Notes under the pieces: model-generated
Databases searched by the model: none
Told to the model about the DNA's origin: nothing
The model's input: only the letters and a program-made list of their open reading frames with translations
Shown here: one piece after another, positions 56,820-64,000 of the stretch
How the letters are laid out: each line of letters opens with the position of its first letter
How positions within the stretch are numbered: the stretch's first letter is position 1
Assembly: GCF_009914755.1 (NCBI RefSeq)
Contig: NC_060934.1
DNA: 64,000 nt
Direction: 5' to 3' (one strand)
DNA from: the human T2T-CHM13v2.0 reference genome, Homo sapiens
Position numbers and translations under genes: made by a program

Positions 56820-57428
56820 AGTTGATGGACCTGCAACAGCTAGGCTTTGTCATTTCCAAAATTCAAATATATAAAATATATATAACTTTATCAAATATTG
56901 GCCATTGAATCATGCCATTGTTAATACAGAGAACACCACACTGGATACAGAGAAGGTTCAAGCCCCCAAAGAAAGAGCCCGCTAGTAACCAAACTGTGAA
57001 GCCCCTCACTGCACTGGGAAACATAGATCAAAGGGGTGCAGAGGCCTGTCCAGGATGACGTGTGTGGTCGGCATGTCAGCCCTGCACAGCAGAGAGACAG
57101 CTCAAAAATCCGACAGTCAGAATTGTTTAATTATGTCCTGACTTTGTAATTATTCATCCCTGTTCTGGCAAAGAGCACAGTTGTCATTTCTTTGACATAA
57201 TTATTTAAAGCTGAGCCCTCTTGTTTACAGGCATGTATACAAAGTTGGCTACCAACTGTTTAATCTTCAGAATCTTAAAGGAGCCTAAGGAGGGCAACTC
57301 TAGAAAGTGTTTTGACGCTTATGTTTTGCTTGCATTAATATCCATCCTCATAGGGAAGATGTGGTAATAAATATGTCTGTGAGTAGTGAGGTGTCTTTGA
57401 AGACATGTCACTTGTTTGTTTATGTGGG

Positions 57429-57567
57429 CACAGTGTGTTCAAACGTATGTTTTTTCCCATGCAGGTGTGTATACCAGCTTCAATCTCTCTGTGTGTATAC
57501 ATATGCATGTTCTGGGAGGTATGTGTACACCAGAGTCAGCTTCTAAGTGGCGAGCGATTTCCTTTCC
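57429..57567 (+). repeat. Copy B of a 139-bp dispersed direct duplication
   Basis: Ungapped match to 56088-56226. Confidence 0.95.
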
Positions 57568-59813
57568 TGATTTTTCCACCTGATTTTCCCATCGTGTAGT
57601 TTGTGTATTTGTGTAGTTTGTTGTAGCTTGTATATTTGTGTGTGTGCCTACGTTTTGATACTTGGGAGGGTGGGCTATTGTGTATGTGTGTGTGTGCATG
57701 TGTGTTTGTGTGTGATAGAAAGAAGGAAGGAGAGGGAGGGAGATGCCCTGTGTTGAAGAAATAAACTTTGGAGTACATGCATTTCCAAAAGTCTCTCTTA
57801 TTCTTTTCCCCTAAACTGAAAATTGGAAACTATTTGGGCCTGAGAATCACCTGCTCCCACGAATACCCTACATAGTCCTGCCATTGACTCTTGGAGTTAG
57901 GTCCTCACTCCCCTGGGTACCTTTAGTTTCTTCCATCTGTGTCTGTGTTTTTAGGTTTCCATGCAAAAGGCCATCTAGGATGAAGACGGAATGATTCATA
58001 AGGAAGCTGGCTTCTCATTGGGATGAGGAAGCTGCTCGCCCCTGGGGTGCCAGCTCCATGAGGGCAGGAACCTTGTGTTTTGTTCGTTTCTGTATCTCTA
58101 GTACCTAGTCTATAGCAGAGGCTCAGTCAATACTCATCAAAGGAATGAACCATGAACAGCAGAGCATATTGGAAGATCCATCATGAAAAGGTCGTTGTAT
58201 GTGTTCTAATTACTTCAGTCAACATGGTTACCTTAAAAGGCAGGAAAGAAACCATTGCCTTTAGACTGTGTGTTAATTGCCACCTGTACACTGGCAGAAA
58301 AGACAGATTCTGGGCATCGTATTTGTTTTTCCAAAGGATTTTCCTGGGATTATTTATGATGGGAAAACCTACTACTACCACAATCCCCATGACTTGGCTT
58401 TTCCACTGGGTAGCATTTCACGGGGAGGCAAGGGTGTGATCTGAAGCTGCGTTCTCCTCGTCACTCGGGGTGGTACTGGAGTCCTCCTTCTTTCTCAACC
58501 CACCTGCTCATATTAGGGCTTTTAGGAAGTAAGTAGCTCTTCTCATGAAACATGTTAGGGTACCCACAAGTCTGTGTGTAGTTACAATGAAATTTTCCGT
58601 CTTCGCCGCTATTGTATTTTTTGTCTATACCTAAAGGAGCACTACCTAGTTGCTTCTTTGCTACACTTAATTGTTTTTTATGCCTAGTGTAGCACTTTAC
58701 TAAGTGCTATCTTATTCTAAACTACACTGCGTATGTCTTTGATATCTTCTGTTACTCCTATGTAGCCCAATTGCAAATGCATAAAAGGGTATCAGAAACT
58801 ACTTCTAGGTTTATTACAATTACTGTCCTTTATACTCAATATTTTCAAGAATATATATTTTATATAAAGCCAGGACATGCCTATAAATAAACATTATAAA
58901 TCACAAGTACATTCAGTTCAACAGACCATCAGCCAATATATTTTGAAAGTTCTCCACAGTGCCAAACATTCAAAAAATAATTTAAAATATTGGTTGTTTT
59001 TCTGGATGTTTCCAACTACCTGAATGTGCTCATGTTTTTATGATTTTTTTTTCTGTTTTCATGCAGATGTTTCTTGTCTAGAGACATATTCAGATTCTAT
59101 TTTCAGTTTCTTTCTAGTAAATTTTGGAGAGAGGAAAATTTTTTAATTAACTGTTTTTTTTAAGAAAATGCTTAGATGGTGTGTTCAAAAACAACTCTGG
59201 GAGCCAAACATTTGCAGTTTGTTTGTTTTTTCAACCTTATTCCTGACTTCACAGTTTGCACGTTCATTTGAGGGAGAATCACTTAAAGATTTTGTATTTC
59301 TCCATTTTTAGAACCATGGCATCCTGTGCCTCAAGCAAATGCTTTTGGAGTATTGCTCTTTGGAGGCGGCCTCTGTAGCCTTGCATTTGGGTAGCAACCC
59401 TCTAAAATAAAAAAATAGAGCACTGCAGGAAAGCCATGTCTCTGGTGTGCTGGTGAAACCAAAATACACAATAGAAAGAAGGAAGGTGGTAGCAGCCTCT
59501 TAGGGGCATTCCCAGGAGTCCTAGGGGCCTTGCCAGGTGCTGAGCACATAGTAGAGACTACTGTCCATGAAGCCAGTGCCTGGGGGATGTTACTGTTTCC
59601 CTGATGGGACCTCTGGCTTGCCCAGCTCCCCAATGGCCCAGCTTCACCCTCTTCCTCTTTTTAGCCTCCCACATGCTCGCTGCTGTCCAAAGATGCTTAG
59701 ATGGATGTATCAAGAGGATCATGGAAGTAAGTAGCATTTTTTAAGTGTTGGGGATAAGATGAGTAACTCTTGGATACTTTGTCCTGCCTCTGCAACCCAA
59801 CAACTGGGAGAAG

Positions 59814-60189
59814 TGTGGTAGATTGCATTGTTTGTCTAAAACCATTCCTTTCTCTCTGCCCTTGCTGTGGCTCCCCATCTAAGGGAGGAATACACTTCCC
59901 CATTCCATTGACTTTGGCCTTGGCCATGTAACTCCTTGACCAATGGGATGCGAGTGGAAGTGACAGCATGACAATTCTGGGCCAAGGCCTTACACAGCAC
60001 CATGTGTTTTCACTCACTGCTCGCACACGTCTGCCATTTGCTATGAAAACAACATGAGAGACACCATGACCAGACCTGAACCTGACTTGAGGCCTGCAAA
60101 CATCCCAGCCAACCACAGACCTCTACATGAGAAAGAAATGCTTGTAATAAGCCACTAAGATTTTGAGCAGTAGTGTGCTGACTAATACC
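59814..60189 (+). mobile_element. MaLR LTR (MLT1H-like)
   Basis: tgtggtagattg...ttggccatgtaact...ccaatgggatg...taagccactaagatttt...ctgactaatac. Confidence 0.75.
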
Positions 60190-62473
60190 TAGGCAGGCCA
60201 TCCCATCCACACACCCTACCTCTGCTGCATCTCTGGCCATTGAACCAGGGTCTTAACTGGAACACAACTTGGAGTTTTGTGAGGTTAGTGGCAGTCATTG
60301 GTGCCACAGCACCAACTACTGTAGGGTTTCTGGGTACTTAACTAATTAGGATAGCAGGGCCAGTCTAGAGGTCAACTGGCTGCCTAGTGGTACATTAGAT
60401 GCACAGAAACTTCCCTGATATGTGAGTTAGAAGAACATGCATTAAGTAGTCACTGTCTGCTAGCTATTGTACCAGCTGCTTAACAATTTTATCTCTAATT
60501 TTCTCCCTACAAATGAGGAAACTGATGATCAGATAAATTATATACATAACCTAAAATTACAGAGCAAGGTGGAACCAGGTCCTTTTTTTCCCCCGGGTCT
60601 TCCTAAGCCCCAAAACTCATGTTCTTTCCCCTCTATGCCTTGAATTACTTCAGGGAAAAAAGTCACACTCAAAGCTTGTGCTCTTCCCACTGTATCCCTT
60701 ACATTTCATTAACAAGGCATACATTTCTGATGGAAGGCAGGGGTGAAAGAGCAGGAAGATCAGGAGATAGAAGGCAGCCAGAGGCAACTTTGTAATTTCC
60801 AATTTTAACCCTGTGATGACTCCCCATAACATATTTTGGTGAAATACATGGGCTAGGCAAAGAACTACAGGAGCCAGGCTGTGGGGGGATCTCTGAGTTA
60901 GGTCAGGTTTGCAGTTTCCCCTGAGGGTGAGGAGGAACCTTGGCAGAGTTTGAAGTGGGAAAAAAGTCTGGGCAGGCCTGTATTTGCATCCCTGGGTATC
61001 TGGGAGAGGGAGCCTTAGAGCTCTGTGCAGAGCAGGTGCTTTGGTGATGTGGAAATCTGTGCAACAGCAGGCACTGGTCTGAGGCTGCCACAGTGTTCCC
61101 AGCACCCAGGCCAGTGTCAGTGCTCAGGCAGCTACAGGGGTTAGAGAGCTGTGTCTAAAGAAGCTCTGGGATAGCAGAGATGGGTCCATGTAAGAGTGAG
61201 TAGCTCTGATTCTGGGACAAGGAGACAGCTGATGGCTGTCAGAGACCCACTAGTGACTCCCCCTTAAAGGGAGTTCACAACATCTCGAAAATGTTCTTTG
61301 ACATGTTCTTACCTCAAAGCCCCTGTCCCTTATAGTATTCACTGTCTCGTTTTAAGGAGTAAATTTAAGTCTTCCTAACTGGGCCATAAAAAGTTGTCAT
61401 TCGCATGATCACTGGCAATGACTAAGATGGAGCCTTTATTTGTCTTTAGTCTGCACATTATCAGCTTGACATTTTCTTGATCCACTTTGGAAAAGTATCT
61501 TTGGCATTTTGTTTTTGCAATGTAGATTCTTTTTATCATTATTTTTATTAAGTTTGAAAGGAAAGAGAAGAGGGAAAAGGAGAGGAAAATAAAGATGTTT
61601 ACTTAAGAAATTGGGTTCTGGAGAGTAAAGTTAGGGTTCTGATTTAAAGTTATCCATATTTAAAACCAACATTACCCGGGGTTCTGTGCAGAGCTACAGG
61701 GCAGGACTGGCTGCTGTTCTTCAGCTATGGGTGCATGGGTGAGCTTGACAAATCCTCCCCATGCTTTTGTCCATCCTCCAGCCCACCCCTCCCAATTCTT
61801 TGCTTTGAGCTTGGTGATTCTAGGCTAGTGATGAAGAAGAATAAGTTGGAAATGCAGGGGCAACTTGTCTAGGAACAGGGAAAAAAGGCCAATGACTGAC
61901 GTATGAGTAAAAGGAGAATCATGATGGCCTCGGCATCCCCTCCCCTCCATTAGACCAGGGCCTTGCTGTCTTTCCTGAACTCTACAGCTTAATAGAGCTC
62001 TGTCTTCCTCAGAAAGACCCTTCTGGGCCCATGGAAACATCAGACTGTAGGATTCTAGAGACTGAACTCTCAGGCCATTGTGTATCCTTGAAGGCAGGGA
62101 AACCTGCAAGAAGGGGGCAGGCAGAGGCCAACCACACAGATGCCAGGCCACTAGAGAAACATCATGAACATTGTTCTGAAGCTGCCTTCAATGACATGTG
62201 CATGTATTTGCAATTCCATGGCTAAGGAAGAAGGAGAAAACAGGGATGGCATGGTCCCATTTTCTACTCTGCAGTTCTGGCTATTTCCAAACCGCCTGCT
62301 ACTATAGGTAATAGCAGATAAGAAGAGCAAATTGTAAGAAGAAAATATAAAAGAAAACTCATGTAAGCTCAGTGATGAAATGAATGTTTCTGATACTTAA
62401 CATTTACCTGATCTTTTTGTTGTTCCCAAAAGCAAAGTTGTGGACAAGATAAAGTAGTAAGATAATCTTAGGG

Positions 62474-62822
62474 CAGCAGTCACCAACGTTTCTGGCACCA
62501 GGGACTAGTTTTTTGGAAGACAATTATTCCACAGACTGGGGGTGGGGATGGGGGATGATTTCTGGATGAAACTGCTCCACCTCAGATCATCAGGCATTAG
62601 ATTCTCATAAGGAGCCTACAACCTAGATCCCTCACATGCACAGTTCACAATAGGGTTTGAACTCCTATGAGAATCTGATGCCACCACTGATCTGACAGGA
62701 GGCAGAGCCCAGGCAGTAATGCTCGCTCACCAGCCGCTCACCTCCTGCTGTGTGGCCTTGTATCTAATAGACCACAGACCAGTACATGTCTGTAGCCCCG
62801 GGATTGGTGTTGGAGACCCCTG
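62474..62822 (+). mobile_element. MER1B (hAT-Charlie)
   Basis: cagcagtcaccaacgtttctggcaccagggac...ttggagacccctg; TSD TCTTAGGG (62466-62473) and CCTTAGGG (62823-62830). Confidence 0.9.
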
Positions 62823-64000
62823 CCTTAGGGTGTCCAACCTGAACAGAGTTAAAAGTCTTCACAACATTTGGAAGAAAAATGTGATGATGGTCTGAATGCG
62901 GCTGATATGTACTTTCAGGGTACCCTTTGGAGGAGTGTCAAACAGGTATGCCTAGGCAAGTACCAGCATGCAGTAGCACGCAAGTAATGGCACCCCGTTC
63001 CACCACCCTGCAGACTCAGTGAGGGGCCAGATGCTCACAAGAGAGGGGCTTCTCATTTCAGAAGAAATTATCTCTGCCCTTTATCCCAAATGGTCCATTG
63101 AGAAGCAAAGAGAACATCTTTCTTTCCTGTTTCCCCAGAGAGCCTGTTTCTCCTCACCAACACCTCTAGAACATCCAAGTTCCCAGACAGCTGTTGGATC
63201 CGGCTTGAGAGTCTGCTACAACCCTCTGGGAGGTGTGTTTTTGCCTAGAAGTTGTTTTGCCCACCTGTGGTCACCATAGCTTCCTTCTGGGGCCTGTATA
63301 CACACTCAGATTCCAAATGCATCTTCTTTGTCACTCTGACCAGCAGAAGTGCCATTTCACAAGCATGATAGGGAAGGCTTGTCCTTGGGGTCGCTGAAGG
63401 CTGGTGCTACAATTAGCCCTTCTGTTTGCTTTTCTGCTCCTTACAGTAGAGTGTCTTAGATGAACAGACAGGGCACCATCAATAATGCACAGATGCTCTG
63501 TAATTGGGACTTCCTTTGATGTTAATTTAGCTAAGTTCAACGCCATTGTCAGTGATAGCAATTACGTGCAGCCTTTTCACCAAGGACATTTTAGGATAAT
63601 TTTATTTTTCATGTGCATTTTAAAATATGGCAGTAAATTTTGAGCTACATTACCTGAATTAGAACTCATTATTTATTTTCAACAGTGAACTAATACTCTG
63701 TCTAGGCTCCAAAGCTGTCTTTTTTTTTTTTTTCTTTTTTGAAGTGGGGGATATGTACTGGGGCTTCTACTTTATGCAGCTTTTAACTCTTGAGTGAAAT
63801 TTAGAAGTGAGTCACCTCTTCTTTTTTTGTTGAGCATTTTGAATTGTCACAGAGGCTATCTGGCTCGGTGACCTGTCACGTATTTTTGTTGGGCCCATTT
63901 TTATTCACTCCTCCCCCATTCCACAGCCTTTACTTTTGTTCTTGACACAATTTAAGGAGTTGCCTCCAGCTGTTTTTCTGGGGAGGTTTTAAGTCTGAAT

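Noticed and set aside
55864-57699. Pairs of similar peptides (e.g. HLEADSGVHIPPRTCICI) suggesting paralogous exons
   Set aside because: Explained by the 139-bp DNA duplication; no splice sites or codon-position bias support coding

Overview
Primate (human-like) genomic DNA, rich in Alu, L1, MIR, L2, MaLR and hAT elements. The whole window lies inside one large + strand gene, recognised as LRMDA (C10orf11; leucine-rich melanocyte differentiation-associated protein, OCA7 albinism gene, neighbour of ZNF503 on human 10q22). Three internal coding exons are visible (30129-30255, 41282-41421, 52778-52895). They splice into one open frame encoding three LRRs and an LRRcap. The main hidden feature is the 11,026-nt intron between the first two exons. 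It is a minor-spliceosome (U12-type) AT-AC intron, with 5' ATATCCTTT, branch site ATTCTTAAC and 3' AC. Its two flanking exons total 267 nt, so joint skipping would keep the frame. The intron also holds a ~35-unit minisatellite in which almost every unit looks like a major-spliceosome 3' splice site, a cryptic AG just before the U12 branch site, and a palindromic double MITF-type site. Other notable items are a 139-bp non-tandem local duplication, an intact antisense MER52-type solo LTR, and several TE-free, homeodomain-motif-rich blocks that may be ZNF503-domain enhancers. No RNA genes or CRISPR arrays are supported. Gene and repeat names come from recall of consensus sequences, not from database searches.
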